Below are positions 35,921 through 49,229 of a stretch of 64,000 bases of DNA, piece by piece. The stretch lies in the NCBI RefSeq assembly GCF_006345805.1, contig NC_042999.1, forward strand, positions 156,798,001-156,862,000, read 5' to 3'. Under the pieces are notes generated by a model. That model was not told the origin of the DNA and made no database searches. It saw only the letters and a program-made list of their open reading frames with translations. The translations under genes were made by a program, and so were the position numbers. Position 1 is the stretch's first letter. The number at the start of each line of letters is the position of its first letter. Source of the stretch: Octopus sinensis (taxonomy: Eukaryota).

Positions 35921-36904
35921 CATATATGTATGTATGTCATACATGTATGTAGACCGTCATACAAACATTCACACATATACAGACCCTCACACTTACAAAC
36001 ACACACACACACTCACAAACACACACACACAGCATATGTATATAGTAGTGTTATTTTAAATGAAACCCTTCAGCGAGCTTTAGCAGACCAAAGCTTCCGG
36101 TTAAAGTGAAAGCATTTCACTATATTCCGGCACTAAAAGGAAAATATTAATTTTTTTTAAATATTTCCCAAGGCGATGGAATGACAAATCCGTTGGAGAT
36201 CGGACAAAATACTTTGTAACATTTGGTTACGACTCTTTACACTCCGAGTTCAAATAGCACCGCGATAAACTTTGTTTTCTGCCCTTCCGGGGTTGGTTAA
36301 ATAAAATGCTTGTCAAGCGTTAAAACCGATTTCAACTATATTATACTCAAAAATGTGTGGCCTTGTACCGCTGTTAGAAATATATGTAGGTCAGTGTTTT
36401 GCGTTCAAATCCTAACATGTTCGGCTTTGCTTTCATTCTTGTGGGGTGGATAAAACACGGTACAAATTAAGCTCAATCAACTATACCCTCTCACAAATGT
36501 AAAAATCAATACACACACACACTCACGCAATTAAAGGCGCTAATTATAATTTTGGATAATATTATTAATCAATTATTATTATCAAACATAGTGGGCCCCA
36601 AACTCTTTATTTACTTAATGTCTATTAGTCGGTTATTGTCATCGAAAGTCTCCCCCTGAAGTGAACTCGGATTACTATAAGCAGATACCACTGTATAAAC
36701 TAAAATTCCAACGATGAAATAATTAAATTGTTCGTTATACGGGATTAAAAAAAAAAATTTCGATGTTTACTTTAACCGGAAGCTTTGTTCTGCTAAACCT
36801 CCACACAAAACCTTAGATAACTCTTATTATATCCATATACCTCCCACACTCTCTTCGTCCACACATGCATGCATCCATACAGATATAAGACATGTGTGTG
36901 TGGG

Positions 36905-36926
36905 GGGATAGATAGATAGATAGATT

Positions 36927-37004
<78 letters not shown>

Positions 37005-37380
37005 CAGAGAGGGAGAGAGAGATACGTTTGTATTAATCGGCATAAATTGCAGAGTGATTCCGGGGTGGTGAGTTTCCTGACTTGGAACTTATCACCAACC
37101 CTAGATAGGGGTTTGTGTGTGTGTGTGTGTGTGTGTGAGTGTATGGGTGTGTGTGCTTGTGCGTGTGTGTGTGTGTGTGTGTATGTGTGTGTGTGCTTGT
37201 GCGTGTGTGTGTGTGTGTGTATATATATGTATATACACACACATGTAGTGTATTTGTGTATGCGTGCGCGTATACACACACACGTGTAGTGTGTTTATGT
37301 GTGTGTGTGTGTGTATATATATGTATATACACACACATGTAGTGTATTTGTGTATGCGTGCGCGTATACACACACACACT
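36905..37380. repeat. (GATA)n, (GT)n and ~72-bp higher-order tandem repeat
   Basis: Direct reading; the ATGTAGTGTATTTGTGTATGCGTGCGCGTATACAC block occurs twice. Confidence 0.92.
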
Positions 37381-37626
37381 ATAACAAACCAACACTCTGA
37401 ATACAAACAAGATTTCTTATCATTATCATAATACCGCACATCATTATCCAAAATTTAACAATTATCTGATTAAACGCGCTTTGATAAAACTGATTAATAT
37501 GTATGCAATTATATGCTTCTCCAAATTAAATTAATTTGAAGATAAAGCGATTTTATAAATTAAATTCTTTTTTAAATGAAAATCGATTACATTACATAAA
37601 ACTCTATGAGTAAAATCGTCATTTAC

Positions 37627-37685
37627 CTGTGTATATCTTCATCAGAAACTCCCAAAAAGCTGAACATTGACGCCCGACGGGACAT
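37627..37685 (-). CDS. Candidate first coding exon of unidentified host gene (MSRRASMFSFLGVSDEDIH, phase 2)
   Basis: ATG preceded by in-frame TAA; strong donor CAG|GTAAAT; unique CpG-containing upstream sequence to ~37890. Confidence 0.5.
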
Positions 37686-38180
37686 TGTGGATTACTTGAT
37701 GAGTGATAAAAACCTAAGTGCGTTATCTATCTGAGCTTGAAGTTTCGCTCGTCGTCTGCTGATGAGAAAGGTCGGTTTGGCTCCTGGTTTCAACAAGGGG
37801 GACTAACTATGAAATCGACATCAACATGTCAAACCAACTGGTTACCGTCGCTTTTTCCGCTTTTCTATTCATAGTAGCAAAACACAAGGTACCTTTAAGG
37901 TTAGAAAAAAAAAATGCTTCGTGAAATTAATATGGTGTTTCAAGTTGACAAATCATGTTTAATATTTTTGTCGCTTATTCATAACAACAATAAATAAGGA
38001 AGTTTTTAAAAGAAATATATTTTACTAGGAAAAAATATGAGGAAACAGAAAAAAAAAATTGGTGGTTTGTGAGTGTTTTCAAAACTCAATCTCTGTTTGA
38101 GGAAATTTCTGAAACAATGAAAAATCAATTAATTTTGTATCATTTTGCCAGTTTAGTGTTAAAATTTGTTAATAGAAATT

Positions 38181-38531
38181 AGGCACAGGAGTGGCTGTGT
38201 GGTAAGTAGCTTGTTTACCAACCACATGGTTCCGGGTTCAGTCCCACTGCGTGGCATCTTGGGCAAGTGTCTTCTACTATAGCCTCGGGCCGACCAAAGC
38301 CTTGTGAGTGGATTTGGTAGACGGAAACTGAAAGAAGCCCGTCGTATATATACGTTTGTGTGTCTGTGTTTGTCTCCCTAACATTGCTTGACAACCGATG
38401 CTGGTGTGTTTATGTCTCCGTTACTTAGCGGTTCGGCAAAAGAGACCGATAGAATAAGTACTGGGCTTACAAAGAATAAGTCCCGGCATGGCCGCACTCA
38501 AATGACTAAAACAAGTAAAAGAGTTAAGAGT
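38181..38531 (+). mobile_element. SINE family A copy with internal deletion
   Basis: Head and tail homology. Confidence 0.9.
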
Positions 38532-39169
38532 GTGATGTTGATTATGATGACATATTTATACTCTATGCTGCGATTCTGTTTATTAGTTCTGTATGTTCGG
38601 AGAAAAAACTGCAGTAGTTGTAGGGTTTTTAAACTTAAATTGCGGTTAGGATCTTGATGTCAACTCTTATCAAAGTTTTCCAGCAAGGATCATTCATCCT
38701 TTTTATTTTATTTTTTAGGATAGTAAGTTGTTCTTTGAGGGTTATTCGGCTGTTACTTCTAGCAAGTCCAGTGGTTGATTCAAGAAGTAATGTTAACTTA
38801 TAGTAGCAGTAGAAAAGCTTGATGTAGAGAAGGTGGACAAAATACCTTGTGGTATTCAGTTAAGTATCTTGACATACTAATTTCAAGTCCCACCGGGGTT
38901 AATTTATCTTTCCTTCTCTGGAGACCAATAAAATAAAGTATGACTCAATTGAACAGTGAGAAGTTTGCTTCATAACCACGTGGTTTCGAATTTGATTGTA
39001 CTCCGCGACGACAGTTTGGTCATGTGTCTTCTCTAGTTTTGAGCTGAACTACGTATTGTGAGGGAAATTTGGTAGAGAGAAACTATGCGGAAGCCTACCG
39101 TGCGCGTGTGTACATATATGTACGTCAGTGTGTGCGCGTCTACGGATGTCTGCGTGTGTGGCAGCTGTT

Positions 39170-39564
39170 GGATCTTTTCGGTTTGAACGTATACTGGTAG
39201 AATGTGTTTATAAAACACCTTTTTCTCTTTGCTTTCTTGAGAAAATTCTATAGTCTGTAAGATATTTGTTGTTTTTTCTTCAATTTCTGCAATTTCAACC
39301 AATCACTGACGTCTATTGAGGTAAAAAAACAACATTCTGTGCCGTATGAATATGTCCCTAGTTTAAGAAACAGATTGGGTTTATTTACATTTGTGAAGAA
39401 AAAAAAGATACCCTTCCCTCCACCCCTAACCCTAACTCTAACCCCAACTAACCCTAACCCTAAAACAGATTGAAATGCAATAGATCGATACTAGGGTAAT
39501 AATTATGGGTGACAATTTCATATGACACCGCTAGAAAAAACTGCCGTTCAAACCGAAAAGATCC
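39170..39564. mobile_element. Merlin-like MITE, family M1
   Basis: TIR GGATCTTTTCGGTTTGAAC; perfect 8-bp TSD CAGCTGTT; internal CCCTAA repeats. Confidence 0.88.
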
Positions 39565-39832
39565 CAGCTGTTAAATGTTCTGAGGTTGATTTAATCCCAC
39601 GTTATGTGGTTTTTACAGCTCAATTCTGCCGAGGTCGATTTTGTCTTTCATGCTTTCGGAATCGATAAAATAAGTACCACATGAGCACTGGAGTTGATGT
39701 ATTTGACTAGACCATCCCTCATCTACCCCCAAAATTTCAGGCCTTGTGCCTACAGTAGAAAAAATTATTATATTTATTTTCTATTAGCATCAGAAACAAT
39801 TTTTAGTTGTAATAGCAAAAGTTTCTTCTAGG

Positions 39833-40212
39833 GAAGCACTCCGTCGGTTACGACGACGAGGGTTCCGGTTGATCCGATCAACGGAACAGCCTGCTCGTGA
39901 AATTAACGTGTAAGTGGTTGAGCACTCCACAGACACGTGTACCCTTAACGTAGTTCTCGGGGATATTCAGCGTGACACAGAGAGTGACAAGGCCGGCCCT
40001 TTGAAATACAGGTACAACAGAAACAGGAAGTAAGAGTGAGAGAAAGTTGTGGTGAAAGAGTACAGCAGGGATCACCACCATCCCTGTCGGAGCCTCGTGG
40101 AGCTTTAGGTGTTTTCGCTCAATAAACACTCACAACGCCCGGTCTGGGAATCGAAACCGCGATCCTACGACCGCGAGTCCGCTGCCCTAACCACTGGGCC
40201 ATTGCGCCTCCA
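39833..40212 (-). mobile_element. SINE family B copy
   Basis: TSD AATAGCAAAAGT. Confidence 0.93.
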
Positions 40213-40257
40213 CCAATAGCAAAAGTATCACCACTGATTATTATATAAACATGTCAA

Positions 40258-40486
40258 GGCGTCGAGCTGGCAGAAACGTTAGCACGTCGGGCGAAATGCG
40301 TAGCCGTATTTTGTCTGCCGTTACGTTCTGAGTTCAAATTCCGCCGAGGTCGACTTTGCCTTTCATCCTTTCGGGGTCGATTGAATAAGTACCAGTTACG
40401 CACTGGGTCGATGTGATCGACTTAATCCGTTTGTCTGTCCTTGTTTGTCCTCTCTGTGTTTAGCCCCTTGTGGGTAGTAAAGAAAT
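40258..40486 (+). mobile_element. SINE family C (GGCGGCGAGCTGGCAGAAACGTTAGC head)
   Basis: B-box-like GAGTTCAAATTCC; copies at 44472, 46752 and 61491. Confidence 0.88.
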
Positions 40487-40809
40487 GGATATAAACATCG
40501 TCAGTCAGAAAGCCGACAAACGGTTGTTTTCCGACTGAAATACCCTGAATAATTTCTAATTATTGTACACAGACACTCGCTATTCTCGCTATCGTAAATG
40601 CAGTGATCCAGTAAATTGACCTGTTAGAAATATTTGACCTACGATTTTTATTGTTCACCAAGTGCGATATAAAATAATTACAAGTTTCAAAAATTCTATC
40701 AAAGAGCATTGTTAACGGGTGCAAGAAACAGGTAGGGTACCGGGCTCGATTTAATCGGCTACACTCCATCTCATGATAAAAATCATTATTATTAAGGGTA
40801 GCAACAACC

Positions 40810-41290
40810 GTATCACTTCACCGAAGTGTGGGTCATTGTATCGGCAGGTCTTGAAGAAAATCAAACGTTTCCAAAAGCACACACTTCGTGCAGTCATAAG
40901 GATCTGATGGAAGGACTATATCATCAATGAAGAGGTTCTACTCCGGGCCGGACTGCCCAGTATTAAAGCTACCTTGGCATCGCGTCCACTGTTCGGGATA
41001 CATCATACGTATACCCCAAATGCACCTCTTCCGTCAACTCCTCTTTGTGGAGTTTGCCTCAGGCACCAGTTCACGTGGAGCCCCTAAATTCCGTTTCTGA
41101 GACCAACTCAAGGCCACTCTCCTCTGCTGCTCCATTGACCTAAATACCTAGGAGACAATTGTCAAGGACCGTCCAAAGTGGCGGCATATCATCATCATCA
41201 TCAAAGGAACGGACAGATGGAAAATAACACACGTCAAGAGGCAGAGATCAGGCGTCGAACACGCAAACAGCGACTCGCATTTCCTTGCAC
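40810..41290 (+). pseudogene. RTE/BovB-type LINE C-terminal relic
   Basis: WKDYIINEEVLLRAGLPSI..RQLLFVEFASGTSSRGAPKFRF*DQLKATL..DRPKWR. Confidence 0.8.
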
Positions 41291-41463
41291 CCTGCCAACT
41301 TTCCCTTAGCCTGAACATCCACCTCAGGTACCGGCACCCTTCAGGATGAAGAGGCTCAATCATTCGCTACAGATTAACTACTCGCATATGAGTTAATGCC
41401 AACGACCTTGTAATGGTAGACATGGTATGATACGACCCCCACATCATTGGCAAGCCGTAAAAA

Positions 41464-42300
41464 GGAGATCTTTTCCCTTTGAACGGCAGATTGAGAAATT
41501 AATTTTTTTCTAACTAAACACTTTCAAACTTCGGACACTGGCAGAATGTGTCATATAAAACATCTTTTACTCTTAGCGTTTTTGAGAAAAGTTTATATTT
41601 ACGAAGTTATTTCGTGTTAAAGTTGTCGTATTTCGGTAATTTCAACCAATCAATGACGTGTATTCAGCTGAATAAAATTACTGCCGTTGTTTGTCAACAA
41701 CAACTATCGGCGGTATATATTCCGCTTGTCACTGTTATTTATGGCATCGTTCGTGCGTTTGTACTGGTTTTAGCTTTAGGGTTTTAGGGTTTGGATTAAA
41801 GTTTTAGGGTTTTAGAGTTAGAGTTACGGGGAAAAAAATGAAAAATGAAGAGATTAGAAGGGTAGTGATAGGGGGCAAAAAGTCTTTCCGAAAATAGTAG
41901 CTGAAAAAATAGGAAAAAAACCTAAAAGCAGAAGAAATGCACGAACGATTGTGGTAGTGCCATGAAGTAAACATGCTTCAGATACACTCGTTTATTCATA
42001 CGAACGTAACTGAGATGAAATGTCATAAATAACAGCGACAAACGAAATATATACCACCGATAGTTGTTGTTGACAAACAACAGCAGTAATTTTATTCAGC
42101 TGAATACACGTCATTGATTGGTTGAAATTACCGAAATACGACAACTTTAACACGAAATAACTTCGTAAATATAAGCTCTTCTCAAAAACGCTAAGAGTAA
42201 AACATGGTTTATATGACATATTCTACCAGTATACGAAGTTTGAAAGTGTTTAGTTACAAAAAATTATTTTCTAAATCTTATGGTCAGAAGGTAAATATCC
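41464..42300. mobile_element. Foldback element with ~270-bp arms, related to M1 MITEs
   Basis: 41500-41750 is the reverse complement of 42010-42270; TTAGGG-like tract in the spacer. Confidence 0.8.
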
Positions 42301-42753
42301 TAAGTCCGTAGATTCGGGTGGCGCGTTGGGCAAGTGCTAGCAACCCCTTAGCCTCCCGTGCCAGGGATACAGTGAAGATGTTGGCAGCAGAACGCTGGAT
42401 AGCCGACAATGCGAAGGAGTCCTAGACCAACAGCTTGAAGATAATTGCAGCCAAGCGGAAGATCTGTACTGTCAGACAACACTTGGGTGTCAACCTAGCG
42501 ACTGAGCTGCTACTACGGGGCCGTCTCATCGTTGACCATGCTCTTTGCACTCTTGTACACTACTTGATTCTTGGCATGGAGGTCCAGTGAAGCAGTCTGA
42601 TGGTGTGTGTGCGTGGGGGGAGGGACGATGTCATCTGCCTTACTCAATATCCAAAGGCCCTTTTGTTCCCTAACAGAATAGTCAACGTCAAACTACAACG
42701 GACAGCCGACGACGATGATAACGATGGACAACAAAGTGAAAAGAAAACAACAG

Positions 42754-42934
42754 GGCGATACTTCGGTATAGGTACACACGTGACTTTGTTTACATTTCTG
42801 AAGATAACAGAAATCCTTTTCTCCCACCCCTAACCCTAACCCTACCCCCCACCATATATAAAAAAAAAAACCCTTTCTTGAAATGTATCCGGTACTTCTG
42901 GTACTTACACCGGTACATATACCGAAGGTTCGCC
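42754..42934. mobile_element. Merlin-like mini-MITE, 181 bp
   Basis: TIR GGCGATACTTCGGTATA / TATACCGAAGGTTCGCC; TSD AACAACAG/AACAACGG; CCCTAA repeats. Confidence 0.78.
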
Positions 42935-42973
42935 AACAACGGCCAAAACATTCCACGATAAACTACAGATTTT

Positions 42974-43422
42974 GGCGATCTTTCGTCTCTAGTAGACCTT
43001 TCCGTCGATTTCCGTAAAAAATTTTTTTTTTTTACATATGGGCTTGCGGGAACTTTTGAAGTAATATACATACATATACACATACACCGAGTAAAAAATT
43101 TCAGTTATCTCTTTCTTTCACACATTACTCTGTCTCTTCACACACACTAACAGAAGCACTTCACTTACACAACATACTGTCTGTCTCCCACACCCCATCA
43201 AACACACACACACACACACACATGTACATCAATGCTTCACATGCACGGTAACTTCAAAAGAACTTCCCTCGTCATACAATCGCTTTCTCTTAGTCTCTTT
43301 CGCCCTCATTACTTCAAAAGTTCCCGCAAGCCCATATGTAAAAAAAAAAAAAATTTTTTTACGGAAATCGACGGAAATCGACGGAAATCGACGGAAAGGT
43401 CTACTAGAGACGAAAGATTGCC
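42974..43422. mobile_element. Merlin-like MITE with ~90-bp TIRs, 449 bp
   Basis: GGCGATCTTTCGTCTCTAGTAGACC termini; perfect TSD CAGATTTT. Confidence 0.88.
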
Positions 43423-43688
43423 CAGATTTTTTTTTAAAGCTCGTAATAATGCAACGTTATGTAGGAACTCAAGAGAATCTCGAACAAACTCTTCTCCACT
43501 TCCATTTGAGTTTATTTGGTGTCATGTTCACAATCACAACACATTCATGGCATTCACCAAATGTATCAGACGTTGCTATGCTAGGTAATGTCGATTATAA
43601 ATTATGATTTTGTTTTCTCCTTTTCCTTTTATTCACTGCACTTCTTTTAGCTTTGTTGTCCACCGATACAGGTACCTAACTGAATAGT

Positions 43689-44080
43689 GGAGGCGCAATG
43701 GCCCAGTGGTTAGGGCAGCGGACTCGCGGTCATAGGATCGCGGTTTCGATTCCCAGACCGGGCGTTGTGAGTGTTTATTGAGCGAAAACACCTAAAGCTC
43801 CACGAGGCTCCGGCAGGGGATGGTAGTGATCCCTGCTGTACTCTTTCACCACAACTTTCTCTCACTCTCACTCTTACTTCCTGTTTCTGTTGTACCTGTA
43901 TTTCAAAGGGCCGGCCTTGTCACTCTCTGTGTCACGCTGAATATCCCCGAGAACTACGTTAAGGGTGCACGTGTCTGTGGAGTGCTCAGCCACTTACACG
44001 TTAATTTCACGAGCAGGCTGTTCCGTTGATTCGGATCAACCGGAACCCTCATCGTCGTAACCGACGGAGTGCTTCCATCC
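43689..44080 (+). mobile_element. SINE family B copy
   Basis: TSD TAACTGAATA. Confidence 0.93.
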
Positions 44081-44471
44081 ACTTAACTGAATATCGTCTT
44101 GAGATCTCTAATAATTCCATTCATATCTAGGATGCATTAAAGGAATGTTAAAGGTTTGGGTTTTTTTTTTCTTCCTATGAGGTTACGAGGATTATATGAC
44201 AAATGTCAGCTGAATTAATTGGGGAAAACAATATTTTGAAAGAAATGATATTTATCTACTATAATACTTTTGTAACATCAGCTGTAAGAGTTTAGACTTC
44301 CATTCCCTACATCAGACTCAAGACATCCAAAATGTGTCTTGGTGTTAGTTTGATATTGTTTATACATAGGTTAACCTTGGTCAAGCAAATCTATGATCAA
44401 AGACGTTCCAGGTATGACCATCCTGTCATTTTATCTATATCGTAGTCGCTGGAACCTGACTTTGCTTTATA

Positions 44472-44691
44472 GGCGGCGAGCTGGCAGAAACGTTAGCACG
44501 CCAGGCGAAATGCGTAGCCGTATTTCGTCTGCCGTTACGCTCTGAGTTCAAATTCCGCCGAGGTCAACTTTGCCTTTTATCCTTTCGGGGTCGATAAATT
44601 AAGTACCAGTTACGCACTGGAGTCGATGTAATCGATTTAATCCCTTTGTCTGTCCCCTCTGTGTTTAGCCCCTTGTGGACAATAAAGAAAT
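44472..44691 (+). mobile_element. SINE family C copy (duplicated at 46752-46971)
   Basis: Homology to 40258. Confidence 0.88.
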
Positions 44692-45083
44692 ATATATTAT
44701 AGTCTATATTGTTTGAAGGGTCCTTTATTCATGACGGGTGAGAATGATTTGAATGAAATTTGTCGCTCTTTCTTGCAGTTGGGTGATTGTGTCGGTGTCA
44801 CTTATTTTATTTTCTATCTTAATACTTTAATCTGAAGAGACTAGCAAGATTGATGCTGATAATGCCTATCTTGAACTACTGCAAGTTAACAACTGTACGA
44901 TGAACATAGGTGAAAAGTGGACTCTTTTTTGCAAATTAAAGTTGATTACTTTCCTTGAAGAAATAAAATATTTTGGGATAAAATATTTAGCTAGTCTAGT
45001 TAGTTATTTAGCTACTTTGATTTATTTTCAAGGCTCATAAAATATTGCTTGCGCATGCAATTGGAAATTATTAGTGGTTCCTT

Positions 45084-45504
45084 GGATCTTTTCGGTTTGA
45101 ACGGCAGTTTTTTAAAATAATTTCCACGTAACTAAACACTTTTAAACTTCGTATACTTGTAGAATGTGTTTATAAAACATCTTTTTCTCTTGGCTTTATT
45201 GAAAAAATTCTATAGTTTGTAAGATATTTGTTGTTTTTTCTTCAATTTATGCAATTTCAACCAATCAATTACGTCTATTGAGGTGAAAACATTCTGTGCC
45301 GTATGAAAATGTCCCTCGTTTAAGAAACAGATTGGGTTTATTTACATTTGTGAAGAAAAAAAGATACCCTGCCCCCCACCCCTAACCCTAACCTTAACTC
45401 TAAAATAGATTGAAATGCAATAGATCGATACTAGGGTCATAATTATGGATGACAATTTCATATGACACCGCTAGAAAAAACTGCCGTTCAAACCGAAAAG
45501 ATGC
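45084..45504. mobile_element. M1 MITE (duplicated at 47354-47774)
   Basis: Perfect TSD GGTTCCTT. Confidence 0.9.
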
Positions 45505-48500
45505 GGTTCCTTTTTATTGTTCTTTGAACAAATAAGAAAGAAAAAGAACGGTCAACACGCCATAAGAAATGACTAAAACAATTTATGAGCAATTATCACG
45601 AAGGTTGCGAATGAAGCTAAAATAATGATTTCTAACATTTCTACAAGGCATTCTCGATTTAATTGTTAAACTGGCTTCAGCACGTGAGAAGGAATGAAAA
45701 TCAAGATCGTCTCCGTCAGGATATGAATTTAGAATATAAAGCGATGTTTGCCTTTTTGTCCAGCATTCAGCTGTTTTGTTTGATTTGTTGGGTTTGTTTT
45801 TTTAAATAAAATCACTGAAGATCTCTTGAAACAAGGAAGTAGCAAAGATATTGCTTTGCCTTTTATTTGCTGGCTTTAGTTACAAATGTATTTACACAAC
45901 AACAGATCTAAGAACTGCTCTCCCACCACCCACAAAAGTCAACTACCTACCTGCATTACATTACATTACATACATATCTGAGGCTATAAAGATCTGCAAC
46001 ACTTTAAAATTTAAAGGGTGCAAGGTTGTGCAAAAGATGGCGAAGACAACAAAACCTATTTTTACTTTTAAAAATCTTTTTTTTTATAACCTTAGTTTCT
46101 AATCAGAATAAATTTTAAACTCCTATCCAGAAGATAAACATATGCGTAAAAATATGAATGTATATGTGCACCTTTTCTAATTCTTTGAATTTTTCATATA
46201 AAAATGGGTTTTGTTTCTAAGGATTAAATCGTTATCATTTGGATTAAGATAAAGATATAGAAATTATGTCTTGAATTTCAGAAAAGTCGGATCTTTACGG
46301 TTTGAACGGCAGTTTTTAACATAATTTCTAGGTAACTAAAAAATTTTAAACTTCGTATACTGGTAGAATGTGTTTATAAAACATCTTTTTCTCTTGGCTT
46401 TATTGAGAAAATTCTATAGTTTGTAAGATATTTGTTGTTGTTTTTTTTTTCTTCCTATGAGGTTACGAGGATTATATGACAAATGTCAGCTGAATTAATT
46501 GGGGAAAACAATATTTTGAAAGAAATGATATTTATCTACTATAATACTTTTGTAACATCAGCTGTAAGAGTTTAGACTTCCATTCCCTACATCAGACTCA
46601 AGACATCCAAAATGTGTCTTGGTGTTAGTTTGATATTGTTTATACATAGGTTAACCTTGGTCAAGCAAATCTATGATCAAAGACGTTCCAGGTATGACCA
46701 TCCTGTCATTTTATCTATATCGTAGTCGCTGGAACCTGACTTTGCTTTATAGGCGGCGAGCTGGCAGAAACGTTAGCACGCCGGGCGAAATGCGTAGCCG
46801 TATTTCGTCTGCCGTTACGCTCTGAGTTCAAATTCCGCCGAGGTCAACTTTGCCTTTTATCCTTTCGGGGTCGATAAATTAAGTACCAGTTACGCACTGG
46901 AGTCGATGTAATCGATTTAATCCCTTTGTCTGTCCCCTCTGTGTTTAGCCCCTTGTGGGCAATAAAGAAATATATATTATAGTCTATATTGTTTGAAGGG
47001 TCCTTTATTCATGACGGGTGAGAATGATTTGAATGAAATTTGTCGCTCTTTCTTGCAGTTGGGTGATTGTGTCGGTGTCACTTATTTTATTTTCTATCTT
47101 AATACTTTAATCTGAAGAGACTAGCAAGATTGATGCTGATAATGCCTATCTTGAACTACTGCAAGTACGATGAACATAGGTGAAAAGTGGACTCTTTTTT
47201 GCAAATTAAAGTTGATTACTTTCCTTGAAGAAATAAAATATTTTGGGATAAAATATTTAGCTAGTCTAGTTAGTTATTTAGCTACTTTGATTTATTTTCA
47301 AGGCTCATAAAATATTGCTTGCGCATGCAATTGGAAATTATTAGTGGTTCCTTGGATCTTTTCGGTTTGAACGGCAGTTTTTTAAAATAATTTCCACGTA
47401 ACTAAACACTTTTAAACTTCGTATACTTGTAGAATGTGTTTATAAAACATCTTTTTCTCTTGGCTTTATTGAAAAAATTCTATAGTTTGTAAGATATTTG
47501 TTGTTTTTTCTTCAATTTATGCAATTTCAACCAATCAATTACGTCTATTGAGGTGAAAACATTCTGTGCCGTATGAAAATGTCCCTCGTTTAAGAAACAG
47601 ATTGGGTTTATTTACATTTGTGAAGAAAAAAAGATACCCTGCCCCCCACCCCTAACCCTAACCTTAACTCTAAAATAGATTGAAATGCAATAGATCGATA
47701 CTAGGGTCATAATTATGGATGACAATTTCATATGACACCGCTAGAAAAAACTGCCGTTCAAACCGAAAAGATGCGGTTCCTTTTTATTGTTCTTTGAACA
47801 AATAAGAAAGAAAAAGAACGGTCAACACGCCATAAGAAATGACTAAAACAATTTATGAGCAATTATCACGAAGGTTGCGAATGAAGCTAAAATAATGATT
47901 TCTAACATTTCTACAAGGCATTCTCGATTTAATTGTTAAACTGGCTTCAGCACGTGAGAAGGAATGAAAATCAAGATCGTCTCCGTCAGGATATGAATTT
48001 AGAATATAAAGCGATGTTTGCCTTTTTGTCCAGCATTCAGCTGTTTTGTTTGATTTGTTGGGTTTGTTTTTTTAAATAAAATCACTGAAGATCTCTTGAA
48101 ACAAGGAAGTAGCAAAGATATTGCTTTGCCTTTTATTTGCTGGCTTTAGTTACAAATGTATTTACACAACAACAGATCTAAGAACTGCTCTCCCACCACC
48201 CACAAAAGTCAACTACCTACCTGCATTACATTACATTACATACATATCTGAGGCTATAAAGATCTGCAACACTTTAAAATTTAAAGGGTGCAAGGTTGTG
48301 CAAAAGATGGCGAAGACAACAAAACCTATTTTTACTTTTAAAAATCTTTTTTTTTATAACCTTAGTTTCTAATCAGAATAAATTTTAAACTCCTATCCAG
48401 AAGATAAACATATGCGTAAAAATATGAATGTATATGTGCACCTTTTCTAATTCTTTGAATTTTTCATATAAAAATGGGTTTTGTTTCTAAGGATTAAATC

Positions 48501-48558
48501 GTTATCATTTGGATTAAGATAAAGATATAGAAATTATGTCTTGAATTTCAGAAAAGTC

Positions 48559-48976
48559 GGATCTTTACGGTTTGAACGGCAGTTTTTAACATAATTTCTA
48601 GGTAACTAAAAAATTTTAAACTTCGTATACTGGTAGAATGTGTTTATAAAACATCTTTTTCTCTTGGCTTTATTGAGAAAATTCTATAGTTTGTAAGATA
48701 TTTGTTGTTGTTTTTTTTCTTCAATTTCTGCAATTTCAACCTATCACTGACGTCTATTGAGGTGAAAACATTCTGTGCCTTATGAATATGTCGCTCGTTT
48801 AAGAAACAGATTGGGTTTATTTACATTTGTGAAGAAAAATAGATACCCTTCCCCCACCCCTAACCCTAACCCTAAAAGAGATTGAAATGCAATAGATCGA
48901 TACTAGGGTCATAATTATGGGTGACAATTTCATATGACACCGCTAGAAAAAACTGCCGTTCAAACCGAGAAGATCC
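48559..48976. mobile_element. M1 MITE (5' part duplicated at 46289-46453)
   Basis: Perfect TSD GAAAAGTC. Confidence 0.9.
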
Positions 48977-49229
48977 GAAAAGTCTTGCATATTAAATTGG
49001 TAAAATACGAGTATGCATGAACTACCCCACCCCCGTTCTTCAAAGCCATTGCTTAAAAAGTATTATAGGTTCGAATATAAACCTATAATTTGAAATGATG
49101 TGTTGCATGTTTCGAAGCAATTAGCTATAAATGTCTTGCTTTTTTTTAGATGAAATTTCACACCTTCTAAGCAGCTGGTTTCGGCTATAGTATTATATTT
49201 CATTTATTTTTATTTATTTTATTTCCTAC

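Larger units (their letters stand above)
44162..48722 (+). repeat. Tandem segmental duplication, unit ~2280 bp, two copies
   Basis: 44162-46441 ~ 46442-48722; period 2280, then 2270 after a 10-bp indel; only a few substitutions seen. Confidence 0.97.

Noticed and set aside
45851-48372. Identical 83-aa ORFs at 45851 and 48121 as a duplicated gene
   Set aside because: Identity reflects the tandem duplication; non-ATG start, no motifs or splice support
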